Positions 1 through 9,202 of a stretch of DNA of 60,102 nucleotides are shown here, piece after piece (the stretch's first letter is position 1; every line of letters starts with the position of its first letter). Source of the stretch: a virus (taxonomy: Duplodnaviria; Caudoviricetes); the IMG/VR virus record IMGVR_UViG_3300032286_000443, positions 1 through 60,102 of that record. One strand, 5' to 3'. The position numbers were made by a program, and so were the translations under genes. The notes beneath the pieces are model-generated. The model was given only the letters and a program-made list of their open reading frames with translations, was not told the origin of the DNA and did not search any database.

Positions 1-1553
1 AATGGATCTGTAGATTCATTTGCTGCAATTCTTCTACTGAAGTAATCGTTTATACTCTTATTGCCTGTTGACCAAAATCTAATAACAGTTGTGCAAGAAT
101 TAGTTGATTGTACGTTGTCGTCAAGGTATGGACCGTTACCTACTCTAATATAACTGTTGCCTTCGCTTACATGATATGTAGGTTTATCATCTGCATTCTT
201 GTCAACATGGAAACCTTCTTTTAGAATGTTTTGAAATCTATTCTTTAGTACATGTGCATTAGTTGGCGCAGGTACAACTAGGTCTGGACTCCAAAATCTA
301 ATTCCGCTGTCTAAGTTATTGAATGTATTATTTTCAATCAAGATCTGCATGACAGAACCGTAGCCCTGGACACCGTTCTTTAATCCGTCAAATATACAAT
401 CTTTAATTTTAATATTTTCGCACAGGTTAACGTCTCCAGTGATGCCGCCACCTGTACCTCTTAATTGAATACCTACACCGTGTATGGCAAATCCATAGGA
501 AGTGAAATAATCGTCTATCCTAATAGTCCAGTCAGAATAAGTACCTACTCCAAATTGCTGAGTTGCACCGTTTGCCGCAACTACCAGCGCTCCAGTTCCT
601 GTATTATAACTAACTACTTCTCCTCTTAAGAAATTATCACCGTCGTAGGAAATAATTAACTGTTGGCCTTCAAAGTAATTAACATTTATATTTGATGTAT
701 AGAAAGTAGCAGTATTACCAGAATGCAGAACGTAGGTACTGGTGCTGCTATTTTCAAATTGACTTGCAACATCTGATTTTAACACACAATTTTCAACTCG
801 TGCATTCAGCACATTGTCTAAACTGATAAGAGAATTATTACCGCTAGTAGCTGTGCTAAATTGCAAGGTCATATTACCAATATAGACTTCTCGCGCTCTT
901 ATTGCGCCGCTTTGCATGTCGTTAGAATCGTAGTCATTTCCCGCTAGATCTATTGTCTCAAAAAGATTACTTACGGTATTATTAAAAATAAGTGTTGTTC
1001 TATTTGGACCTGCACCCACAACACTAGCATAAGGTGGTAATTTTACAGTGTCGTTAACTATGTATGTTCCAGCTGGTATAATTAACTGGCGTCTAAGATC
1101 TTGTGCATTACTACCTAACCAGTCCGGTCCAATGCCTTCATTTCTAAATAAATCTCGAACTGCGTCTTTTAATTCTTGAGTAATATCGACTACTGTAGAT
1201 GTACTAACAACACCAAAATCATATAAGCTAGGATTTAGGCTGTCTAATTTTGTTTGTATAGTGCTTGTCGATGTGTGAGATAGATAATCATTGCCTAGTC
1301 TATAGGTATAAAGAGTATTGATAGTCGCAGTAGTATTAATAGAACCTATTAGAGAAAAGACATTTTGCAGGTCTGGTTCTGTTAACACTCTTGTAGGTGC
1401 GTTGCTATCTGCGCCTTCTGTTATACTTTTACCAATATACAGGTGCTCAGTATCTTGCGCCCAGCCAAATTCACCCGGATCTAAGTTAGGTGTCCCTGTT
1501 ATTAGTTCTTGTCCGCGTCGGATCTGTATCTTGGCTATCTCAATAATCGACAT
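1..1553 (-). CDS. Tail spike/fibre-like virion protein with pectate-lyase-like beta-helix (runs off the window start)
   Basis: Not in the ORF track because it is truncated. ATG at 1553 with GAAGGA upstream reads MSIIEIAKIQIRRGQE...LDPGEFGWAQDTEHLYIG (phage fibre N-terminal motif); in-frame IPAGTYIVNDTVKLPPYASVVGAG is typical of Pectate_lyase_3-like domains. Confidence 0.75.
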   Translation of the reverse strand, partial: MSIIEIAKIQIRRGQELITGTPNLDPGEFGWAQDTEHLYIGKSITEGADSNAPTRVLTEPDLQNVFSLIGSINTTATINTLYTYRLGNDYLSHTSTSTIQTKLDSLNPSLYDFGVVSTSTVVDITQELKDAVRDLFRNEGIGPDWLGSNAQDLRRQLIIPAGTYIVNDTVKLPPYASVVGAGPNRTTLIFNNTVSNLFETIDLAGNDYDSNDMQSGAIRAREVYIGNMTLQFSTATSGNNSLISLDNVLNARVENCVLKSDVASQFENSSTSTYVLHSGNTATFYTSNINVNYFEGQQLIISYDGDNFLRGEVVSYNTGTGALVVAANGATQQFGVGTYSDWTIRIDDYFTSYGFAIHGVGIQLRGTGGGITGDVNLCENIKIKDCIFDGLKNGVQGYGSVMQILIENNTFNNLDSGIRFWSPDLVVPAPTNAHVLKNRFQNILKEGFHVDKNADDKPTYHVSEGNSYIRVGNGPYLDDNVQSTNSCTTVIRFWSTGNKSINDYFSRRIAANESTDP

Positions 1554-1617
1554 ATTTTTGTCCTTCAGTACTCTATTTATCGTACCAAACTCGTTTGCCG
1601 TCGACTAGGACAACTGA

Positions 1618-1625
1618 TATAAATA
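1618..1625 (+). promoter_or_regulatory. T4-type late promoter TATAAATA for the homing endonuclease
   Basis: Exact TATAAATA 60 nt upstream of ATG 1686. Confidence 0.6.
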
Positions 1626-1685
1626 AAAGTGCCAGTCGCGACACGCCAATGTCCACTGACTCTAACGCTTTCAAGGAGCATCAGC

Positions 1686-2342
1686 ATGATATTTATAGAC
1701 AACAAATATACTCGTTGGTATTACAGTATTGTAACTAACGCTAACTCTCGTATACCTACAGGATATACCGAAAAACATCATATTATTCCTAAATCTTGCG
1801 GTGGAAACAATTCAAAAGAGAATTTAGTTAAGTTAACACCAAAAGAACATTTTATATGTCATTTGTTACTTACTAAAATGGTTAATGGACATGACAGACA
1901 TTTAATGGTTTATGCATTCCATGGATTGAAGGCTAAACAAGTTAGGCAACATAGGCATTCAAGTAAGTTAGAAGTTACTGCTAAGATCTATCAGAAATTA
2001 AAAGAAGAACTTAGCATAATTAAAAAAGCTCAAACACCTTGGAATAAGGGAAAAACAGGGCTACCTTCATCTTGGAATAAGGGAGTAGCACCGTCTGAAG
2101 AAACTAAACAGAAAATTCGAGATTCTCGTGCTAAACAAGACATGACTTATCGAAAAGGGGTTTCTCCTAGTGCAGAACAACGAAAAAAGATAAGTCAAAC
2201 TCTTAAGGGCAATATTCCTTGGAATAAAGGTAAAGCAGGTACCGGGAGCTTTGCTACAAATAATCCTATGAAGAATCCCGAATCTATTAAAAAAATGTTA
2301 GAAAGTAGGCGACTTAATAAAGAGAAAAAATTACTTGAATAA
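1686..2342 (+). CDS. Free-standing HNH homing endonuclease with NUMOD3-like DNA-binding repeats
   Basis: EKHHIIPKSCGG..N...NLV.LTPKEHFICHLLL HNH motif; repeated PWNKG and SEETKQKI/SAEQRKKISQ motifs. Start moved to ATG 1686 after AAGGAG. Confidence 0.85.
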   Translation: MIFIDNKYTRWYYSIVTNANSRIPTGYTEKHHIIPKSCGGNNSKENLVKLTPKEHFICHLLLTKMVNGHDRHLMVYAFHGLKAKQVRQHRHSSKLEVTAKIYQKLKEELSIIKKAQTPWNKGKTGLPSSWNKGVAPSEETKQKIRDSRAKQDMTYRKGVSPSAEQRKKISQTLKGNIPWNKGKAGTGSFATNNPMKNPESIKKMLESRRLNKEKKLLE

Positions 2343-3053
2343 TCTGTAATACTCTTCTACTTTTCCTAGCCACATATCTTGATATTTGTTAAAGTCTTCA
2401 GGTTTTAAGTCGAATTGTTGATATATTTCGCCACCTGGCTTCATCGCATCATCACCACGACTGACCATAAAGATATGTCCTTCACGCATATCTGTACCGT
2501 ATACTTCATTATGTGCTAATGTGTATGCCATTAGTTGTAGATAATAATCTTCAACCCATTCTGCTTTTTTAGGTTTGTTAGTTTGTTTGTAGTCAGCAAT
2601 ACAAGGTTTACCTTTGTATACACATACTAAGTCTGTTGTTCCGCTGTATAATCCTGGAAAATAAAGACTCTGTTCCATAGCCCATACTTCTTCAACATCT
2701 TTCAATCCTTTTTCAATAATAATATTTGCCATTGCGTTAGCTTTAATATGAACTGGATTGTTTCCAGGTTGTCGTTGTTCGCCGATAAGAAATCGTTCTA
2801 GATTAGCATGAAGTCCTGTCCCAACTCCGGCTGCTTCTGTGGTAATCTGCTGTGCTTTTTCTACACCAATGCGTTTCTTCCATTCGTTCAAATGAGTCAT
2901 GTCCTTAGTGCTACTAAGGATAGTAGTTACGCTTGGAAGGCTTTCTCCGTCAGGAGTGCGATATACTCGTTTACGAGTTACAGGATCATTGACCTGTACA
3001 CAGTTTTTGTATTGGAATCGTTCAACGAACGGAGGAGGGGAATAGGTTGTCAT
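2331..3053 (-). CDS. PD-(D/E)XK exonuclease of T4-like phages
   Basis: PSVTTIL, GTGLH, E..L, SGTTDLV, IADYKQT, YYLQL.AY motifs. Confidence 0.85.
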   Translation of the reverse strand: MTTYSPPPFVERFQYKNCVQVNDPVTRKRVYRTPDGESLPSVTTILSSTKDMTHLNEWKKRIGVEKAQQITTEAAGVGTGLHANLERFLIGEQRQPGNNPVHIKANAMANIIIEKGLKDVEEVWAMEQSLYFPGLYSGTTDLVCVYKGKPCIADYKQTNKPKKAEWVEDYYLQLMAYTLAHNEVYGTDMREGHIFMVSRGDDAMKPGGEIYQQFDLKPEDFNKYQDMWLGKVEEYYRLFK

Positions 3054-3085
3054 AAACTTAATTATAACAGCCCATTACCTATATG

Positions 3086-3430
3086 TCAAATATCTGGAGT
3101 TAATTTCTTTGAGCCACTTTTGGCCATTTGATCTACGCTTTGACCTGTGGGCTGATCCATTGGTTTATCTTGCACATTACTTTCTTTGTTGGTCTTTAAC
3201 ACAACGGTGCCGTTATCCAAAATGTCTTTAATAACATCTCCGGCTGGATCAACGTTGTTTTTAAGTGCAATAAGTCCATCCGGTGTACTGATGCCCAGAG
3301 CGAATGGTCGAAGAATATTCATCACAACTGGAAAAGGCAGTTCTGATGACTGCCCTTCCTTGTTAGCTAATCCTTGGAATACTGCTAGAACGTCTCTAGC
3401 AGATCCCAAATCTACTTCAAATAATCTCAT
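3086..3430 (-). CDS. Hypothetical protein (candidate internal head protein)
   Basis: 114-aa ORF coupled to upstream gene; N-terminus MRLFEV. Confidence 0.6.
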   Translation of the reverse strand: MRLFEVDLGSARDVLAVFQGLANKEGQSSELPFPVVMNILRPFALGISTPDGLIALKNNVDPAGDVIKDILDNGTVVLKTNKESNVQDKPMDQPTGQSVDQMAKSGSKKLTPDI

Positions 3431-5049
3431 TACTTTGCTAGTCTTGACATAATGCTGTGACTTTCGGCCAGTTTGCGAGCAAACTTGCTTTCACGAACTT
3501 CACGGCTAGTACCTGGACCTTCGGCAGCGCCAAACTCGTCGCCCATCTCTGGCTCATTCATCATGTCTGGCTCAGTTGGCTCCATTCCTGGCTCCATTTC
3601 TCCGCCCATGTCAGGTTCCATTCCCATTGGTTCTTCAGGAGTAGTTTCACCTGCCAATACTGCAACTGCATTACTGATAGCTTCTCGCTGTTGTGTTAAT
3701 GTTTCTAAAGTAGCAGCAAGTGCCGGAGCAACTGACTGTTTGAACTGTTCTGCTTCTGAAGCTCCGAAGTCTGCACGGATAGCATCTGCCAGTTCAATAA
3801 TAGCCTTGGTCTGGTACTGGCCAACACGTTGCATCCAGCTGGTAAAGTCATTGACCATATCGCTAGCTGCGGTAATGGCTTTGGCCTTGCCTTCTTCGTC
3901 TTCGTTAATCATCCTACGTAAGTTTTCGTTTACAATTACAACATTTTGTTTAAAGGCAATGTTTGCTTCTTTTAATTTAGCAGCTTTTTTGGCTTTCTTT
4001 GTATCACTGTCATCACCACCATCAGTGAATGTGCTGGCTTTACGGGTATATTGTGTACCGGTGCTAGTTTTCTTTACATCAAACTTACCAGTAGTCTTTT
4101 CTTTTTCAGCACGAGCTTTTGCATCGGCTACTGTTGGGAAAGCTTCTTTAACTTTCTTTGCTTTTGGTTTTTCTTCAGTGCCATTGTCAAATGTGCTAGA
4201 CTTACGTGTATATTGTGTCACACCTGGCTTGATTTCTTTCTTGTCAAACTTACCTGTAGTTTTTTCTTTTTCAGCACGAGCTTTTGCATCGGCTACTGTT
4301 GGGAAACCTTCTTTCATTTTACTATCTGCTTTTGCCGCACCTGCTGCACGACTTGCGGCTTTCTTAAACATCGTCGGTGCAAAATCTCTTTCATCTGGGT
4401 CACTATCATAAGCATATCCAGCTTTTTTATGTTCTTCTGAATCTTTCTTTGCTTTGGCAGAATAAGATTTTAATGTGTCATTGCTTAGTTCGCTGATTCT
4501 AGTTTCTTTGACTTTAGCATCTTTAGCAGCTTTCTTCATTGGCTCTTTCTTGTTGCCATCTTTGTCCATGTCAAGGAAATCAGGCTTTGCTGATTCTTCA
4601 AATGGCTTGCCTGCTTTCTTTGCAGCTTTAGCACGGCTACCCCAGACTTCGTCTTTAGGGCTTTCTATCTTACCATCGCCGTCGTAATCTTTAGCAGAAG
4701 TACCCTGGGAATGAATCTTGTACTTGGGTGACTTGACACCTTTTTTGGCTTCACTTAACTCTACCATTCTGTCTCTTAATTTTTTGATGTCTTCGCCTAG
4801 CATTTCTTTAATCCTTGTGTTTAGTAGCTTTAGTAAAGCCTGGTCTTTCTGATACGTTTCATTAGTAAGTAGATCGTTGAATCCGGCAGTACCTTCTTGT
4901 TGGAACACTTTGGTACGTAGTTTGTTACGCATGTCTTCGAGCTGCTCACGATTATATTTGTCAAAATTGAGTTTTGAGCCAAATTGCTTTTCAAAGCTCT
5001 CTTTTAGTTGTTTGCTGTTAACAGATGTAAAAAAATCTACAGTTTTCAT
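3430..5049 (-). CDS. Charged, repeat-containing protein; candidate prohead core/scaffold or internal protein
   Basis: 539 aa, K/E/A-rich, internal duplication, acidic M/E/P-rich tail, many (L/V/I/M)xE motifs resembling prohead-protease sites. Confidence 0.55.
   Translation of the reverse strand: MKTVDFFTSVNSKQLKESFEKQFGSKLNFDKYNREQLEDMRNKLRTKVFQQEGTAGFNDLLTNETYQKDQALLKLLNTRIKEMLGEDIKKLRDRMVELSEAKKGVKSPKYKIHSQGTSAKDYDGDGKIESPKDEVWGSRAKAAKKAGKPFEESAKPDFLDMDKDGNKKEPMKKAAKDAKVKETRISELSNDTLKSYSAKAKKDSEEHKKAGYAYDSDPDERDFAPTMFKKAASRAAGAAKADSKMKEGFPTVADAKARAEKEKTTGKFDKKEIKPGVTQYTRKSSTFDNGTEEKPKAKKVKEAFPTVADAKARAEKEKTTGKFDVKKTSTGTQYTRKASTFTDGGDDSDTKKAKKAAKLKEANIAFKQNVVIVNENLRRMINEDEEGKAKAITAASDMVNDFTSWMQRVGQYQTKAIIELADAIRADFGASEAEQFKQSVAPALAATLETLTQQREAISNAVAVLAGETTPEEPMGMEPDMGGEMEPGMEPTEPDMMNEPEMGDEFGAAEGPGTSREVRESKFARKLAESHSIMSRLAK
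4079..4314. repeat. Intragenic direct repeat, 2 x 71 bp (4079-4149, 4244-4314)
   Basis: Three mismatches, 165-bp period; encodes E(G/A)FPTVADAKARAEKEKTTGKFD twice. Confidence 0.9.
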
Positions 5050-5077
5050 AGTGGGTTCCAGAAAATATTTTAATTAT

Positions 5078-5542
5078 TTATGCGAATCTTTTAAGTTTAT
5101 CAAAAGACCTAAGGATGTCAGATTTGTGCACATCTTTTTTTCTTTTTTTAATTGCGCTCTTGGTAAAGGCAAGTTCCGCACGATCTACGTTTTTATTCAA
5201 ATGTTTACGAGCAATATTTTTGTGATACTCTTCTTCAAAAGCAGCATATCCATAATCTCTGTCCTTGGTCAACAGATCAGTATCAAGATATCGTCCCAAA
5301 GCCAGCCCGTTAGCTAGCATTATGGCACTGTGGGGGAGATTAATCCTATCAACTATAATTTCTTGACTGTAGTCTCGAATTTGATAGTGATTGTGTATTT
5401 TCTTAATTGTATAGCTGCCAATTAAAATAGATCCGTCTTTGTTTTTAACAGGTATGGCAATGCCCTTGCGGTTCAAATTATTTTTAACCTCAAAACTAAC
5501 TTGCTCTAGTTTCTTATATAGGTTTTCAGATATCTGATTCAT
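5078..5542 (-). CDS. Hypothetical protein
   Basis: 154-aa ORF in a tightly packed minus-strand operon. Confidence 0.7.
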   Translation of the reverse strand: MNQISENLYKKLEQVSFEVKNNLNRKGIAIPVKNKDGSILIGSYTIKKIHNHYQIRDYSQEIIVDRINLPHSAIMLANGLALGRYLDTDLLTKDRDYGYAAFEEEYHKNIARKHLNKNVDRAELAFTKSAIKKRKKDVHKSDILRSFDKLKRFA

Positions 5543-5735
5543 TTACGTTTTTCACTAATGTATTACTGTCTTTACTTATGGCGTAAAGCCCCTTACGTAC
5601 AAGATTTTGAGCTAACCATTGATCTCGTTCATTAAGGCTATGAATTTTGACACTGTTGCGATGAGTGCTGATAAATGTCTGTTCTTCGTTAGTGATATGC
5701 GTATTGACGCCCGATAATAACTGAACTATTTTCAT
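5526..5735 (-). CDS. Small hypothetical protein (possible winged helix)
   Basis: 69 aa; LNERDQWLAQNLVRKGLY resembles a wHTH recognition helix. Confidence 0.6.
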   Translation of the reverse strand: MKIVQLLSGVNTHITNEEQTFISTHRNSVKIHSLNERDQWLAQNLVRKGLYAISKDSNTLVKNVNESDI

Positions 5736-5736
5736 A

Positions 5737-5982
5737 TTAGGCTGTTCTATTCAAATCAGCAAGCTGTTTATTCAGTGCTGCAATTTGTTGCATGATTACC
5801 TGCCTTGACTGTTGTTTCTGTTGTTTTTGATTTGCCAACTGTGCTGCTTGTACTCTAGGATCACTTAGATCCTTAGTGTTACCTGATAGGTCGCCTGCAG
5901 GAGCAGCAGGTAATGTTGGCATAGCAGTAGAAGGCACTGAACCAATTGTTCCAACTTGTTCTGTTATTTCTGCAAATCTCAT
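5737..5982 (-). CDS. Hypothetical Q-rich coiled-coil protein
   Basis: 81 aa, N-terminus MRFAEITE, abuts neighbours. Confidence 0.6.
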   Translation of the reverse strand: MRFAEITEQVGTIGSVPSTAMPTLPAAPAGDLSGNTKDLSDPRVQAAQLANQKQQKQQSRQVIMQQIAALNKQLADLNRTA

Positions 5983-5985
5983 ATA

Positions 5986-6222
5986 TTAGGGCATCTTTGT
6001 AATTATCACAGCCAGAGTGGAAAGTATTGCTACAATTACTGTACCAGCTGTGCCCACTAACACTTTTATTGTGCTAAGGTGGCTTTTTTCTATAGTGTCT
6101 TGTAAGGTAGCAACTTTAGACTCAATACTGGTCAATCTTCTATCTAGGGCATCATATCGCTGGGCGCATAATTCTACATGAGCTTCTAAATTTTCTTTCT
6201 CAATATCTGTAGGTCCGGACAT
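5986..6222 (-). CDS. Coiled-coil protein with C-terminal transmembrane helix (XhlA/holin-like architecture)
   Basis: Heptad region followed by hydrophobic VLVGTAGTVIVAILSTLAVII; GGAG RBS. Confidence 0.6.
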   Translation of the reverse strand: MSGPTDIEKENLEAHVELCAQRYDALDRRLTSIESKVATLQDTIEKSHLSTIKVLVGTAGTVIVAILSTLAVIITKMP

Positions 6223-6239
6223 ATGTGTTCTCCAATTTA

Positions 6240-6668
6240 TTATTGATCGTTATTCGACATGAGTAAGATCAAAGTGTTTTTGTTTGCAATATCCTTACAA
6301 TCAAAAATAGCCTTATCGATATTTATCGTTTCCGTTAGACTTTTAATTATTGGAACAGCATGTATGTCCTCAACTAATTTTCCTATTGGATTCTTACCAT
6401 CTAGGTAAACATCGTCTCTATCAGTAAAAATTGTAAATGACCAAACACTGTGAAGACCTTTATATTTTGATCCAAACCCTAGTTCTTCAACATCAACTGT
6501 TTCTAGAGAAGGATTAGTATTATAACTAACAATAGATCTTAGTTCTGTGCACTGTAATAAAGTAATAAAATTCCTGTACTGATCTGCTTCTACGGCTGTA
6601 CCTTGACCCATTCGTAAATTTTTATTTTTTGTAATATCTATAAGAGTTTTAATTTGAACAGTCTGCAT
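6240..6668 (-). CDS. Hypothetical phage protein
   Basis: Start likely ATG 6668 (MQTVQIKTLIDIT) downstream of a TAAATA box. Confidence 0.65.
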   Translation of the reverse strand: MQTVQIKTLIDITKNKNLRMGQGTAVEADQYRNFITLLQCTELRSIVSYNTNPSLETVDVEELGFGSKYKGLHSVWSFTIFTDRDDVYLDGKNPIGKLVEDIHAVPIIKSLTETINIDKAIFDCKDIANKNTLILLMSNNDQ

Positions 6669-6696
6669 AAAGTACCTAGTTAATATATTTATGGCC

Positions 6697-6726
6697 AAAA
6701 GAAAAGGGAGTTGAAAAACTCCCTTT
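6697..6726 (-). terminator. Rho-independent terminator
   Basis: AAAGGGAGTT-4 nt-AACTCCCTTT hairpin followed by a U-run on the minus strand. Confidence 0.8.
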
Positions 6727-6744
6727 AAATTGCTTAATTAAAAA

Positions 6745-7137
6745 TTAAGCGTATGTGAATGTACCGTCACCGTTTAGTGCGCTGCTAACTGTGATAGTAT
6801 AGTTACCAGCTGCGCCGCCAACTGCTGCTACTAGAGCGTCTTTTAAAGCACCGTATGTACCGGCTGTAGTTAGGCCAGCGCCAGTGTTAAATGTAGCTCC
6901 GTCTACAATAGCAGCGATACTGTCATCACTAGCTTCTACGCCACCTAACATAACAATGCTAGCTACTGTCTGTAGAGCACGGATGCCCTTGGTATAACCA
7001 CCTTCAGTGATTTCTGTTGTGCCACCGCCTGTGTCAGCTGTGAAAACGTTTGCTCTTGCGATCTTAACAGCTACTGGCTGTAGACCATAAAAACCTTGTG
7101 CTGCTGGTGCACCATGTACTCTTGCAATTCCTGCCAT
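6745..7137 (-). CDS. Ala/Gly/Thr-rich probable virion structural protein
   Basis: 130 aa, strong AGGAG RBS, own TAAATA box and terminator. Confidence 0.6.
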   Translation of the reverse strand: MAGIARVHGAPAAQGFYGLQPVAVKIARANVFTADTGGGTTEITEGGYTKGIRALQTVASIVMLGGVEASDDSIAAIVDGATFNTGAGLTTAGTYGALKDALVAAVGGAAGNYTITVSSALNGDGTFTYA

Positions 7138-7227
7138 AATATATTCTCCTAATCGTTTGTGAGATTCCCTATGAATCTCTTAGTGTAGTTATTTATCAAT
7201 TTGGAGAAAAATACTGTCTTACTGGTC

Positions 7228-7527
7228 TTAATCTAAGTCTTCTAGATCGCCTTTGATAATCTTTAAACCTTTGGCAGTTTCTTTGTTATCACGTAGCTTA
7301 CGAATACTGCGTGTAAACTTGGCGGAATCGCCACCTTTAATGCTGTTAAGGAAACGCCTCTCTAGTTCATACGACTGTTCCGGTGGATAGTTTTCTTTGA
7401 TTAATCTTAATAGATTTATAGCACTATCAATAACATGGGTAGCTCTGCTTTCGATCACAGCTTCGCTATCCTTTTTAACAGGTATGCTGTTAAGCTCTTC
7501 TAAAAGACTTCGTGTGGCTCGTTTCAA
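7228..7527 (-). CDS. Hypothetical phage protein
   Basis: 99-aa ORF, TTG start with AAGGA RBS and upstream TAAATA. Confidence 0.65.
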   Translation of the reverse strand: MKRATRSLLEELNSIPVKKDSEAVIESRATHVIDSAINLLRLIKENYPPEQSYELERRFLNSIKGGDSAKFTRSIRKLRDNKETAKGLKIIKGDLEDLD

Positions 7528-7682
7528 TTTAACAATCCTTTTTAATATTTAGTGGTCTCAGTGAATATTTTAACATACATTTTGGTAAAACAAAACCTTG
7601 TATTATGTTGCGGTGCCGCATATACTAGTATAAATACTGATAGTAGAAACCATGAGTCTACTTACACTTACAGAGGAAAAAA

Positions 7683-7859
7683 ATGAAAACTATATCAGAA
7701 TTTATGTTAGGACTAATGGAACGATTGGCTGAAATGTTTCCAGGTTCGTCATATCAAACACGCTTAGATGCATATCTAAGTACCAAAGGCATTACCGATG
7801 CCGCACAATTGGAAACTTACATCCGACAATTTAATTCTCAAAAGGAAAACTATCTATGA
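7683..7859 (+). CDS. Small DUF3563-like protein (58 aa)
   Basis: Below the ORF-track cutoff. MKTISEFMLGLMERLAEMF...RLDAYLSTKGITDAAQLETYIRQF; GAGGA RBS; TATAAATA at 7630. Confidence 0.6.
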   Translation: MKTISEFMLGLMERLAEMFPGSSYQTRLDAYLSTKGITDAAQLETYIRQFNSQKENYL

Positions 7860-7978
7860 AAAAATTACTAGACATTTTATACAAAATCGGCCAAAGCATT
7901 GGTCAGGCCCGTGCTGCTTCTGCCATGGCTCGTGCAGGCATGTACAAAGAAGCACAGGCATTAATGTCTGGCAAGTAA
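7856..7978 (+). CDS. Small hypothetical protein (40 aa)
   Basis: MKKLLDILYKIGQSIGQARAASAMARAGMYKEAQALMSGK; ATGA overlap with previous gene; AAGGA RBS. Confidence 0.6.
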   Translation: MKKLLDILYKIGQSIGQARAASAMARAGMYKEAQALMSGK

Positions 7979-8084
7979 TATTGCATTTTGTCAGATCGCT
8001 TTACAAAGCGTGACACAGTCTATATAATAAATACTTAGGCAGTAACGATACTGCTTATACAAACATACACACAAGGAGAAAAAT

Positions 8085-8354
8085 ATGTTTTCAATGTTCG
8101 CACCATACCTCACGCTCGAAGCACATATCGATGCGTTTCAAACTACCAAGCGTGGGTTGACAGACAAGGTCATTACTGACCCTACATTAAACAAAGCAGC
8201 ACACGATTTTATCAATGCTCAGACTGTTTTTGCCAAGATGTTGGCCAAAAACTTCACTGATCTTGCCAAATATTCTGTGGACTCTTACGCTAGTAAGGCA
8301 TTTCCACAAACTAAAGAAAAAGCCACTACGGCCCAAGACACACAGGGAGATTAA
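8085..8354 (+). CDS. Phasin-like amphipathic helical protein
   Basis: 89 aa, AAGGAG RBS, amphipathic pattern (HIDAFQTTK...FINAQTVFAKML). Confidence 0.45.
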   Translation: MFSMFAPYLTLEAHIDAFQTTKRGLTDKVITDPTLNKAAHDFINAQTVFAKMLAKNFTDLAKYSVDSYASKAFPQTKEKATTAQDTQGD

Positions 8355-8356
8355 TT

Positions 8357-8632
8357 ATGACACAATTTGAAACACCAAAACTACCAGAAGTAAAATTCAA
8401 CAAGAACGGCTACGAAATCCGTACAGACATCTTGGGTATGGCCAAGAGCCTAGTACAAGACGATTTCCATGCTAAATTTCAAGGCTGGGAAATGACTGCT
8501 ACTCGTGATGAGAAGACTGGTCAAATCGTTAGTACTGTTGCAATGCCTACTTTTCCAGGACTTGACAAAGTATTGGAAACCGCAGAAAAAATGTATGCAT
8601 TTGTCAATGCTGGCGCAAAGTCTAGTAAATAA
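8357..8632 (+). CDS. Conserved-looking hypothetical protein
   Basis: 91 aa, GGGAG RBS, KNGYEIRTDIL.MAK and P....VLETAEKMYAFV motifs. Confidence 0.7.
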   Translation: MTQFETPKLPEVKFNKNGYEIRTDILGMAKSLVQDDFHAKFQGWEMTATRDEKTGQIVSTVAMPTFPGLDKVLETAEKMYAFVNAGAKSSK

Positions 8633-8682
8633 ATTATAATATAATAATAAAATTGGGCGTAGCCTGTATAATATATTTGTAG

Positions 8683-8713
8683 AAAAGAAAGCCCCTTCGG
8701 GGGCTTTTCTTTT
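8683..8713. terminator. Bidirectional intrinsic terminator
   Basis: GCCCC-TTCG-GGGGC hairpin flanked by A- and T-runs between convergent genes. Confidence 0.9.
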
Positions 8714-8718
8714 GAGTG

Positions 8719-9192
8719 TTACTCCTTAGGATTAAATGACTCGGGGGCTACTGGCCATATTACATTGTTTGGATCTGGTCTATTGGTAATATCCGCTAAC
8801 GCCTGAAAATATGCATCAAGTTCCTGTAGATTGTCTGTGGTAGGAAGACCCAATCTAGTTTCTCTAGCATGTCTAACGTATTTCCACTCATAGAGTCTAA
8901 TCAACTGGTCGCGTGTGCTACGCAAAATGGCCCATTGCTTGGCCAGATGTCTCCTATTTTCTACTTCAGTTTCGTCTTCAACTATCCATGATGCACCGTC
9001 CCAAGTAGCTACCTGACCGCGAACAGTATCTGGACGATCCGGTGCTCGTGTGTATCCTGCAGACTCTAACTCACTGTCGGGAGTATCCGGAGTAACATTA
9101 ATAACAGTGCTGTCACCAGTTGATATTACAGTGGGTCTGTCTTGTGGGTAGTCACCATTTAGTGAATATAAGTTTTGAATATACGTGGTCAT
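8719..9192 (-). CDS. Tail fibre assembly chaperone-like protein
   Basis: W..LRSTRDQLI, LDAYFQALADIT and VIWP motifs; last gene of a fibre operon. Confidence 0.75.
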   Translation of the reverse strand: MTTYIQNLYSLNGDYPQDRPTVISTGDSTVINVTPDTPDSELESAGYTRAPDRPDTVRGQVATWDGASWIVEDETEVENRRHLAKQWAILRSTRDQLIRLYEWKYVRHARETRLGLPTTDNLQELDAYFQALADITNRPDPNNVIWPVAPESFNPKE

Positions 9193-9202
9193 TTGAATTA
9201 TC

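Noticed and set aside
2331-3053. Cas4 / CRISPR adaptation gene
   Set aside because: Lacks the Fe-S cysteine set and cas context; matches the ordinary phage PD-(D/E)XK exonuclease pattern.
3457-5317. Long antisense ORFs (e.g. 3473..4411) and similar shadow ORFs elsewhere, including 1318..1608, 40555..40884 and minus-strand ORFs at 56.7-60 kb
   Set aside because: They overlap well-supported genes, lack RBS/promoters and show no recognisable motifs.
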